Below are positions 39,773-51,535 of a stretch of DNA of 64,000 bases, one piece after another. The first letter of the stretch is position 1. Each line of letters opens with the position of its first letter. Under the pieces are notes generated by a model. The model made no database searches. It saw nothing but the letters and a program-made list of their open reading frames with translations, and had not been told where the DNA came from. This stretch comes from Gnetum montanum. Its lineage: Eukaryota; Plantae; Gnetophyta. The stretch spans positions 20,482 through 84,481 of the forward strand of contig MNCI01003034.1 of NCBI GenBank assembly GCA_015680685.1, written 5' to 3'. The translations under genes were made by a program, and so were the position numbers.

Positions 39773-41100
39773 TCTAACATCCCATATTTTTGAATACTAG
39801 GTATGTATATTTCTTTCTAGATATTTTAAGTTTGATTAATGCATGAGTGTGTTATGCTTCTTAGTTGGATGTTATCTTGGTATATTTTATATCATAAGGC
39901 ATTTTGGTACTTCTTTTTATATGATTTTTTGTATGTTCATGAGTTAGTTTAATTATGTATTTATTTAGGTGTTTATGATTTATGTAATTTTATCCAGCTG
40001 TTGCACACTAATCCCATTGATATGTGTGGAAAGATTTCATGGAGGTTTGGGTAGGAGCATAACATGGTTTGAAATTGGTAGCTTTGTGTGACATATTATG
40101 TGTGTAATTTAATTATATTTTATATTTAATATAATTTAGTTTAATTTAATTTATTTTTCTTGGCTAGGATAGTATTGGCATGTATGGATTTTACATTTGT
40201 GTATTATGGCTTATGTTATGGTGGAAAAGATAACAGGGAGAGAGAGTAAGTTGCATGAATTTTGGACATGACTAGTGGAATAATTCTCATAGTAAAGCTT
40301 CCCTTATTGAAACTAGCCTAATTTCTTTTATGTGATTTGTTTCAACCTCTTGTTTAACTTTCATAACTCTTGTAATCTACATAACATGATATTTTTCTAT
40401 AAATGAGAAGGATATGTGCAATGGAAATTTAGAGCTTATGAAGGTGGTGGAGATTTTTGAATCATATTTTACCTTTGGTGTTTTCATTATGGTGCTTCAT
40501 CCTTTTTGTGTGCATTCTTGTATGTATTTAAGGTAAGTAATCTTGGCCTTTCTTCTGGTTTTCATATTTGTAGGATTTTGTATATATCAACATGGGATAC
40601 ATTTTATGAATTTAATTCCATGAATTTATAGGGATTTTTTTGGGTTTGGGTTATTACTTTCATCAAATAGATTGTAGATTTTTGTTATTTTTTTTCAATA
40701 CCAAGATTGTAATCATTACTATTTCTACTAATTTTAGATGTGGATTTTGTGAGTAATTAATATAAACAATTTTATGGGTTTGGGACTTTTATGTTGTGGA
40801 TTATCATTTTTGGTTTATGATTTTAATTCTTTGATCCATCTCCACTATTATATTTTTCTATTTTGTATTATTGCTAATTTCATTATGATTATAATGAAAT
40901 TTTGATTTTATCACACATTAAAAATTTTGGATTTTACATCCATTTTGTTTAGCATCTTGGTTCTATCATGATATTTAATCTAAGAATCCCCTTTGTTATG
41001 CTTGTGTTTCTACTATCATGTAAATCAAATCTCATTGTTCTGTGTGCACCTTTCTATACTTTGTAAGAATATGATTTTCGTATTAGTGTTTCTCTTGTTG
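39773..41100 (+). mobile_element. Degenerate LTR-like fragment
   Basis: Starts T(C)TAACATCCC (decayed TGTAACATCCC) with an abrupt switch to T/G-rich composition. The end is uncertain. Confidence 0.35.
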
Positions 41101-41399
41101 CTTCTTATCCATTTCACAATTTTTCTTCCCTAACAATGGATCTTTAACATTGTCCTTGTTTCCATTGTTTAATCCCTCATTTTGAGATTTTTCCTAGTTA
41201 ATCTTTCTCTTTTTCTACTCATTATGTTTTGGAAATTGGAAAGAAATCTTTCTTGTAAGTTAAGGAATCTTTAGAAAGATGTCCTTTCCTTAGATAAGAT
41301 GTTTTTCCCAAGTAGAAGAAATTTTCAAAAATATGCAAACTAGAAACTAGAAATTTTTATTACATTCAAAAAATCACAAAGGATTTATTAGATAGTTAT

Positions 41400-44300
41400 A
41401 ATACCACAACACATTTTCGAAGAAAGTTAAAAATATCATTGATGTAATGCTTCAAGAATATAGGATAATTTTGAGAGAAAATAATCAATAGATTATAATT
41501 AATATCATAAAACATTTGAATGTAAATCAAAGTTGAGCAAAATAAAAACATATCTTCTTTATCTTCTTTTCTTTGTTCACATTATCTACAAATTCACTCT
41601 TCTCTTAGTAAATTGATCTAATGATCTATCTCAATAAGGAGATGATGGGAGCACATTCTTTCTCTAATGATTTAATTTCATAAATGAATGGGAATAGTTG
41701 AAAATAGATACTTTTGAGTGCTAGATAACAAACATCATTTAATATAATGTAAATAAAAATGCTTTTTCCTTGATGTACTCAACTAAAATTTCACCAAGTC
41801 TTCTTCTTTTACAGTCTTCCTAGAGAACCTTTTGTTTAGAGGAAGATCCTCTATTATAATATTTCATGACTGAAGTCATAATTTTCCTTGATGCAACCAT
41901 CCATTTTCTTGTATAACATTAATTATCTCCTTAGCATAATTGACTTCATCTATGTAAATTAACTTCTAAGTACTAAATTGACAAAGAGCCTCAACTTGAA
42001 CAAGAAGATAATCTACTTCGAAAAGTAAGATATCATAAGAAGATTGCATTTTCACTTGAAATTCACATACAAGAAAAGTTTTTGAACATGCTCTAATTTT
42101 TTCCAATTATGTGTGAAAAGAGAAGGTCCTCATGCAACACATCCATATAATAATATAGGTTGGACAATACTATGAAAAAATCTCCCATGTTAAAATTTAT
42201 GTTCTACTACAATTATTTCTTAGAGAAAATAGAGCTTACATGCCACTTAAAACCCTTTGAGCAATAGGAGTATTCCAACTATAATTACTAGTAAATTCAA
42301 CTCCCAAATATTTATAAGATTCGTATTCAAGTCCTTTTTCTCTAAGGAAAAAATTTTAATTTCTATTTATAGTATCACAAATAATTTTATTCTTATCAAT
42401 ATTCACTCTCATACTAGAATGGTTACAATAGTCATGAAGAATTTAAAGCATATAATTTAATCTTGTAGCTAATTTTGTAATCAAGGACACATCATCTACA
42501 AAGAAAAGCATGTTTAAAAATAATTCATTCACTAACATAGCATGATTAGAGGCATTTTTCATACATTCCTTCAATTCATTTATAAATATAACAAACAAGG
42601 TAAGGAAAAAAGAACAACCTTATTTAACTCTTCAATAAGAATATCTTCAATAGTAATATTCCTTCTATAGTAATATTCCTTCTATAGTAGTAATAAGAAC
42701 AACCTTATGTTAATCATTATTCCTTCTATAGTAATATTATCTTCAATAAGAATGTTAATAGTCTTATAGTTTCTTTTAGTAGTAGAAAGGAGATGTTGTG
42801 GAATGCTAATGTTATCTAATCTTTTCCAAACGTTATCTTGAGCAACAAAATCATAACCTTGGAAAAATCAATAAAATAGAAAAAAGGTTTATGGCTGGGC
42901 CTTTTTGCTTTCTCTACACAATAATACAAAGTTATCATATGGTCTATATTAGAATGATTCCTTTTAAAGCATACTTATGAATAAGCATGAAGATCTTGTA
43001 TTTTTTTCCTCATTGAATAATTTTATTTTCCAAATTAGTAACCAAATAATTAATGAAAAAATTTAATTTTAATCAATCGGTAATTATTAAGATCTATCCT
43101 ATCTTCTTTTTTGAAAAATAAGACTACTCTACTAAAACACTAAGAGTGATCAAAATCATGCCAAAGCCCTTTATTAAGAAGGTTGTAAACTACTTTCCAC
43201 ACTAATGGAGCATCCAATTTAAGAATCTCTACATATAATCCATTAATATTAGCATATTTTCCAAAAGATAGCCTTTGAATTTCTATAGAAAAACATTTAA
43301 CCTTTTCCAACAAAAGTATTGAAATCCTCACAAAAAGAAAACTTTACCAAGCCTAGAAAATTATACAATATCTTAACCCAAGTACTAGAAATGATGCTCC
43401 CATGGAAGATTAGCAAATTATAAATAGAATAATCCCTTGGAGAAAAGTTTAAAAAAAAAGCAAGATAGAAAACCTCTAAATTTTCTTGAACTTTAACCCG
43501 TAAATATTAACTTTTGCACCTTAATGGAATGATATCTAGATTTTTTAATTAAATAAGAAATACACCAAAATGTCTAACCTTCACCTTGTGATGAGACGCG
43601 GTTTTCACTAGGCCGCGATATCGCGGCCGACGCGATANAAATAAATACAATTATATAATTTTCTTCTTCTCAAATTTTAGAAAAAATAAGCAAATCAAAA
43701 CTACTAAAGAAATTACTAGTATCTAAAGTAGCAACTTTATTAGCCAATGAATCTTCAACATTAAGAAGACCCCATGTAATAGAAGAAAATCCTTATTTTG
43801 GATTTTTTTTTCTATTTGATGACTATAACATATTTATAGTTCAAGTAAGAAATTTTACTTCAATATGATCTTCTTTAACTTTCTACCATTTTTCTTGCTC
43901 TTTTGCATGCTCTCTTTTGTTCAAGTTTTCATAAATCCAAATCTTTTATCCTTTTTCAAATACTTGTATTATTCCAAGTCTTATCTCTTCCATGCTAATC
44001 AGTGAACATAAAGAAAATATTTCTAGGTTTATTCTCCTTAGGATCAACTCTATTTACACTAATTATTATGGTAGAAGAAATGTGCATTTATTTCATAAAA
44101 AAATCTAACATGACCCAGAAAAGATCCTTACCCTGTTCTTCAAGAATTCCCATAATTCAAAGATTCTAAATATTGTCATGTTCTTCTTCATCTTTACACA
44201 TTTTCTCAATAACTTCTAAGCCTAAGTGATTAGTTATTATTTTTTATTCAAGATAATTCAACTTTTACTATAGAGTATCCATATTAGTCTAAACTTGAGT

Positions 44301-44420
44301 TGCTTCAACATTTGATAATGAATCTTTTAACTCTACAATGGTTGGAATGATTTGTATCATCTTTACCATGAATTTAACTATAGATTCAAACTTCATAATC
44401 CTATATGCCATGAAGTTCAA
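41400..44420 (-). mobile_element. Degenerate LINE (ORF1, endonuclease remnant, RT, C-terminal Cys motif)
   Basis: RT motifs NNYRLI, FIDFSK, RVK*GCSFFLTLF, MLFFVDD. C-terminus SH.LIEI..ICR*C..EDKEDMFLFC. ORF1 NL..MGILEE...KPRNIFFMF...IWIYENL at ~43880-44220. Confidence 0.8.
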
Positions 44421-44689
44421 AGTTCCAACCATGTTATTCCATTTCTCTCAAGAAATTGTAAACCCTACTTCTTTTACTTCCCCAAGCTACTTGAAATGGA
44501 ATACATTATTTCCTACTTAGCCTTGCCATAAAAAATACTAAATTCCAAATTAATGAAATTTTGAAAGTCCAAATTATATTTTTAATCCACCAAATCATCG
44601 AAATTACCAAAAGACCAAATCACGGAATTACGAAATCACCTCCAAACCTAAATTACCAAAAATTGTCAAACTATCAAGACATATTTTGA

Positions 44690-44915
44690 AAAGATGTCTT
44701 CTACAACCCAAAGAATTATTTCATGCTATCAAAGATATCTTTCAAAATCCAAATACTTCTTTCATCTTGCCAAAGATACCTTTCAAAATCCAAAGACTTC
44801 TTTCATCCTACTAAAGATATCTTTCAAAATTCAAAGACTTCTTTCACCCTACCAAAGATGTGTTTCAGAATCCAAAGGCTTCTTTCACTATGCTAAAGAA
44901 GTCTTCAAAAACCTA
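44690..44915. repeat. 41-bp tandem repeat, about 5.5 copies
   Basis: AAAGA(T) recurs at 44690, 44731, 44772, 44813, 44854 and 44895. Unit approximately AAAGATATCTTTCAAAATCCAAAGACTTCTTTCATCCTACC. Confidence 0.9.
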
Positions 44916-44999
44916 AATAATTCTTTTCTATCAATGAAATTTTTTGATATAGTCATCAATTTTTAAACATGGGTCTCCTATATGACTTTACATTAGGAT

Positions 45000-45700
45000 T
45001 TTTTGGTCATTTACCTTCCCAAACGCATTTTGAAATCATCCATTTCTATTCAAATCTTTGGTTTTCTCAATAAGAACCTAAGTATTGAAACACTTTCATT
45101 TGAACAAGTTAAAAATGTATGGTTAGACTCAAGCCCCTACTCACCAATTGTATAGGTTTGAGATCAAAGATACAAAATATCTATTCTTAATGATGTTCTT
45201 GTTCAAGAGCTTCAAGTCATTATACAACCTCAATGTGTCATCTTCTTTTTTGACACACAAAATTATTCACCAAACTCACTAATTTCTTCCTTAGTGCTAC
45301 CAACTCATGATGATCATTCTATAAGGTTGCTATCTAGGATGTGCAATTATAGAGAGTAACATGCTTTTATGGTCTTCCACCCATCATTTAGATAATTTAC
45401 TAACAAACTTTGTCAACACTAGGTTCTTATATCTTTCCAATATGTTCTCAATCTTCATGTTAACCTTAGTATTTTCATCTTCTTCCTTCCTTAAGATAGT
45501 AAAGAATATTTTTTAGATCAAATCCTAAGTAACTTGTTTTCCTATCATTTGTAAGACAATTTGAAAATTGTGAAAATTGCTAGTTACTTCTAGTACAAAG
45601 TTCTTCACTTAATAGGATGATTCCTCAAGTGAAATATAGCAAAAATGAAGCTACAAGGAAACTAGCACTTTTACCTTATTAAAGATATCTTTTTCAAAGA
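45000..45700 (-). pseudogene. Chromovirus-type gypsy RT N-terminal fragment
   Basis: PYRM...ELVALRK and VKKEDDTLRLYNDLKLLNKNIIKNRYFVSLISNLYNW*VGA, resembling [38 protein letters not shown].GA. Confidence 0.7.
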
Positions 45701-47480
45701 TAACTTGGAAAGAGTCAATGTCAAGGATCGAAAAATCTAACTGCTTATTCCATTGGCCTATTGATGAAGCAGTAGTTGGTTGAGATATCATAGATGCTAC
45801 ATCACATCTATGATGTTGTAGATGTGATATCATAGCTACATCAACAGGTATGTGTCGATGTAGTCCCATCAATGTGTATGCATCAACACTATCCCATCAA
45901 TGCATGCATTGATGGGTTGAAGTGTACCCATTGATGCAGTGTGCATTTTTTTCCTATAAATACATGTGCTTTGATGAATCATCAGTTGGCTAATATATCT
46001 AAAAAATTTAATTTTTGGTTGATTCTAATATCTTAGCCCTGATATCTTGGCTCTAATATCTTGGCCCTATTGACTAGGCCCCATCAACATGGTCTGTTGC
46101 GTCAACTAGGCCTCATTGATGTAGTCTATTGCATCAATGTGGCCCCATTGATCTAGTGTCTATTTTCCTCTATAAATATGTGTTCACAACTATGTTTATG
46201 TAATTCTTTAGTCAATAGAGTAGTGAAACTCTTGCAGTTTTATTACGTAATCTTAGAGAATAGTTAGTGAGTGCCTACAATGTGGATTTGAGTCAGTTGT
46301 GTAACATCTCATTCAAGTGGCAATGTACCTAGACACATTTCATAAATGGTAATAAGATGGATATTGATTCTTATTCATTGAAGCACTTTGAATTAAATTA
46401 AATTTACTTTTAATGCAATTTATATTCAAAGTACTTAGTTAATATTTATGTTTCCATGCATGTTAATGAATTGGTGGAATGAGCACGATCAGTTTCAAGC
46501 ATAAACACATATTTTCTTGGTAATCCCAGTAGTGTTATTTCTTGGTTCACCTAGTAGCATAGAAATTGGTAATTCCACTGGTGGATACGTGGGTTCAAGA
46601 CATGTACAACAAGCTGGAACTGACAGTTCATCACCTATAGGCTAGTTTAGACTTTATCTTTATGTTGTTAATTATATTAAGTAATTGATTTCTTTATTAT
46701 TATTAGGAGTAGCACAAGGCTAAAAAACTTCAAGAATCATATGCCTCACTTTGGACTAAGCCATACATGACAAAGCTACCACTAGTCCAAGTAAGAAGAC
46801 AAAAAACTGCAATCAAGGCATAACGATCTAGATTCCACTACTAGTCCCATCCACAAAACTCAACTAGATCATGCATGAATGCTTGTGATTTGTATGGTTG
46901 TACGTAGGGGGTACCTTGTTGCTCATTGTTGGAATTGTTTCTGGGGATGGTGCTAGTAATCTAAATTAGTTATATCATACATGATCATTGTAAATGCATT
47001 AACAAACTATCTTTAGAAAAATGCTAAGTCACACATATCATACACCAACAACAATGTATCTTTCAAAAGGAAGTGATAATGCATCATATGGAGAGAACAT
47101 TCATTAGAGAACTAACGAGATATATGTCGAAGAAAATCGGAGTGACCAACTTCATGCAAGAGTTTCATATGTTCATGACCACCTTGACAACACTTAAGGA
47201 CTACATTCAATTAAAATAGAAAACCCTAGAGAAGATGAAGTAAGTCCTAGACCATGGAAGGCCTCAAGGCCTATGACCTCCTCAAAACCCAAATAAGATA
47301 AATGAAGGGACTATGGGAAACACCATCGAAGCCATGAAAATCCTCCTAGTTCCTCATCTTCCTCTTCTTCTTCAATGTCTAGTTCTAATGAAGATGAACA
47401 TAGGTATAGAGACAAAGCTCTACTATAGGGTTGAAATAATGGTAGAAATCAAAACCATAAGAAAAATCAAAGACCTCAAA

Positions 47481-50200
47481 TCCCACTTCGTCATTTAGAG
47501 CCACCTTCTCCTTCTTTGACCTTTGCACTCTCTTCCAAAGGTCTTCATTCATGTTTTGACATTTCCATAAGGAGCGAGTCGAGTGTACGACACATTTATG
47601 CATATCATCATAAATGTTGCGCAGCACAATGGTCACTTCCGATGAGGGTTTGGCGGCATCTAAATCAATAGGCTCTGACAGATCCCATCTGAGTCAAGCT
47701 CCTAATAACATAAAATGATCATTAAGCATAATTATGTAACATAATACCATCATGGGACAACTTCTGCGTAATGATCATAGTGTACCCACTTCAAGATCGA
47801 TTTTCTCCAAGTGACTGATCATATCTTGGATGACCCCTTCCATAAAGGCGAATTTATCAAGAAATTCGCCCTAGGATCGAGTCGCCACTATTGACAAGTG
47901 TACGTCCTAGTCACCTATTACGCAGAAAAAATTCCTTATAATGACATAAATGAGACATTATGATGACCAGTATAACCTCTAGAAGAAATTATGTAGAGTT
48001 TAGTACGCTATAAAAGTTAACCTCACTGAGTCATAAATCATTTACCTCTTCCTATCTTAGCCGAAAGGACTTCAGCATCTTCCACTACTTCTTCCTTCTC
48101 GCGTGCAGGAACCTACCTGCTACTTGCCTTGTTAACTGGAGCCTCTTCTTCCAAGGCCGAGGCCTCTTCCACGCATAGCAAAACCATAGCCCCTGTTTTA
48201 GGGATTAACCATTCCACAGCCTTCTCCTTCGCTGTCACACAACGTCCTCAGTTAACACAGGATTTTTCTCTAGTTCAATAAATATTACGCAATGTAAAAG
48301 TATCTATACGCAGTGTAACTGTAATTATTAGCACATTTCTTTGCTTACATGCTGGAGGATTACTCCTTTGAAACCTAACCTGCATCTTCTGCCTCACACC
48401 ACTCGTTGGCTCGATAGGCTCCTCGGTCAAACGAGGTTTCTTCCATGGCACCGATGAATCCACTATTTTAGCCACCAAGTGCTTCCCCCTTGATGCATCA
48501 TCGGTGTAGGAGGGGAGTGTCCCACCCATGCTGTCTTGACCCTACATTCGAGGCACCACCATGTTTCTAGTCATTACTGACAACGACTTCCCGATTCCTT
48601 TAGGAGGGTCTTGAGACTGAATAGTGCCAAAATCATGGGAAATCCATGGTTTAGAAATCTGGCTACAGTACTACTACACCCAGAATCCATTTCTTTGGAC
48701 TACCAGAAACTCGAAAAATACCTAAAGTAAGCTATGAAAAAGGCAAAATGCACATTGAAACGGGACTCAAGCTTCTTGTGAAGCTTGATCATTTAAACGC
48801 GTAGGCCTTTGACAAAATAGCTGGCCCAATTGAATCACGTCCCCTCCTCCATGACCTCTTGCATAATTGAGGCTTGCTTGATAGTGAGGAATCTCCCTTG
48901 GGAGAGGGTCTTGGGGAAGGCTTGGGCTCGAAAAAAGGGGTAAATAGTGTTACCACTTCCAACTCGATCCCATCGGCAAGAATTCCTTTAGCCTCCTTAA
49001 CCCCTAGCCACTCCTCTATCTCTTCCTGGTACTTGGTGCTCCTCTTCAAATTTTCCTCTATAGGAAAGCCATCAGAGGGGACCCCAAAGAGATCGGTGAA
49101 TAGCTGAGCATTGATGTCAAAATTTATGCGCACGTTACGCATGCTTATGCAGTGACACTTAGCTTCTTCGCTGAAGGAGTTGACTAAGGTCAACATTTCA
49201 CTAGCAGTAACATTAGGGGTTATGGCTAAGTACAGGTCCATCAGTCCAGCCTCCCAAAGATTATTGGTTAAAACAACTGGGGCCGCTCTATGGCCAAGCC
49301 AGCATTGTATCTCCTTTATATCACCATATCAAAAAAAGAGATTGCTCACCTCGCGACTAGAAGCCATGATTGTGATCTCCTGTGATTCCCTGATTGCTCA
49401 CACAAAACGATAGTTAAGCCGAGGTAACAAATAAATGAGACAACTTCATATATCATCACTAACTGATAACATTAATATAATTCATCATCATAATGAAGTT
49501 TACCAAGTCCGAATGGCAAAGGAAACAGAGGGATTTTCCTTTGCACGTCTGCAACAATGAGGGGAGGATCCAAGGTCCATTTCCTATCCAGCCATCTGAG
49601 ATTTCTACATCTAGAAAAGAAGTTAGCATAGCGGGTCGGGTATTCTGGGATTTTGAACCCTAGTTGTCCCATGACAGTGGCCCATACATTGCTAATAGAA
49701 GTGAATTCACTTATACCCTTTCAGTTAATGACAATGTATCATTATCGCCAAGGAGACTACTGTCATTGATGAAGAATCTACATCACAGAAGATGGGTGAA
49801 TTCTCTACGCTCAACGTAAATTTAAATAGTAGTTAGCATGTTTCCACACATCGAAACAACACAAATTTAAATTCTTACCTACCTGCATAATACACGGTAC
49901 CAGGTGGGTTCTGGAAGTAGGTTGTGAGGTGACGGGTCACAAACAGAGTATTGTAGGCATGATAACAGTTGAATCTGGGCATCTCCTAGATCCAGCTCAA
50001 ATGCCTTAAACCTTTGGCACTTTGTTCGTGGTCTTGTACCCGCACAGTTTCAATCGTGCCATCTGTCAAGAATGCCAAGATGCTCTATGTTAAACCAACC
50101 AGTAGCATCTCCAAAATAGCAGTAGCTACATCACCTAGTAGATGCGACCAGATGATTACGCTGTAATTACGAAGCAAAAAATGCAAGAACCCCCGTGCAT
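47481..50200 (-). pseudogene. Antisense multi-exon PMD-like accessory gene of Tat2 (3' end truncated)
   Basis: ORF 48789-49241 (EMLTLVNSFSEE..FTDLFGVPSDGFPI..EEIEEWLG), then FNWASYFVKGL after a frameshift. Minus-strand GT-AG introns at 47702-47785, 47915-48045, 48247-48348, ~49390-49503 and ~49692-49878. Confidence 0.78.
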
Positions 50201-50226
50201 CCCTTCAGAACCACACCGCCTCCTCC

Positions 50227-50232
50227 TTTATA
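50227..50232 (-). promoter_or_regulatory. Putative TATA box of the antisense gene
   Basis: CGTATAAAGG on the minus strand, in a GC-rich patch directly upstream of the first antisense exon. Confidence 0.5.
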
Positions 50233-51535
50233 CGAGCATGAGGAGGAGGAACATTGGCCGCGGGAACATGCATGCAGCATAGAATTCCCATGATGGCCAA
50301 AATGATTAGGAAGGGCTTTAACATAATACTGTACAATGAAAATGTATTACTATTAGACAAAACATTTAGACATGAACATTCATCATGCTATAATAGGGTT
50401 CTTCTAATTCCTAGAAAATTACAAATTCCACTAGAAACACATGGCCAAAACTTCCCAAACCCCTGCAATAGCTCAAGGTCTGTCTCTGACAATGATGATG
50501 AAAGCAGCACCGCGTATCACTCCAGTGTAACATGTAACTATTACGGGAGAAAAGAAAGAGAAAACAAAACTCTAATTATGCTACCCATAGATACAATACC
50601 TAGATTTTTCGATTATGTACTACGTTTGCTTAGTATTACTCAATGTTACCTAAACCCTCGTAACAATATGAGGTTCGTCTCCAATAGGGAAGACAAAGGT
50701 AATATCGCAAACCACAATAGCTTAGTCCACGTAAATAGATATTAACGCTCAACGCAACATACGCATTCAGGAAAATAATATACAATTATGACGCTGCAAC
50801 AAATTTAACAATAGTGCAAAAGGGTGGATGATGACTTACCGGTTAAGCGGAGTAACTTCCCGAGCCTCGACTCTAGCCTATGAAGCTCATTGCAAACTCT
50901 TCTGCACTTCATCAATCTTTGCCAGTTTAGCATTCTTCCCTTTGACCTTTGGTGCCATAGTTGCAATCGAAAGATTTTTCGCAAAATCATCTATTTACAC
51001 CTTGCTTCCGCTCCTTTTCTACTATATCCAGGTCCAAATTCACGATATCTATAACCTATTTTGAGTATGAACCACTGGTTTATAAACAAAATTCTTGAAA
51101 CTAACTTTTCTTTCTGCCCGATCACTATGAAAATTTCCCGAAACGCCAGTGTCAGTATGACATTAAATGTGTAGATTAGGGCATTAATTTCATAGATATC
51201 GTGTGGATCATGGTACAAAATGACCCTAAACTAATACATAATTTATCATCTCATAATCTGGCCACATTAACTACGGTCTATACAAAAATTCAAATTTCAC
51301 GACACGCTAGACACGCCACGTTGCATCTTTCATCTTTTTTTTTCATACGCTAGCATCTAGGAAGCCTAGCTCATCATTGTTTTACAAAATGTGCATATTT
51401 ATAACGGTCCACTAAGACCTTAAACTGGAAGCTTCTTTAATATGCTCCCTTGATGCAAAGAAAAAAAAAACTCTCGTCGTTCAATAGATTGGCAGAAAAA
51501 CAATGTAACAACTTCCGTTTTGGCATTTTTTGCAG

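Noticed and set aside
50254-50745. 163-aa plus-strand ORF
   Set aside because: Non-ATG start, no recognisable motif, no counterpart seen in Tat1, and it lies in the spacer/promoter region. Probably spurious.
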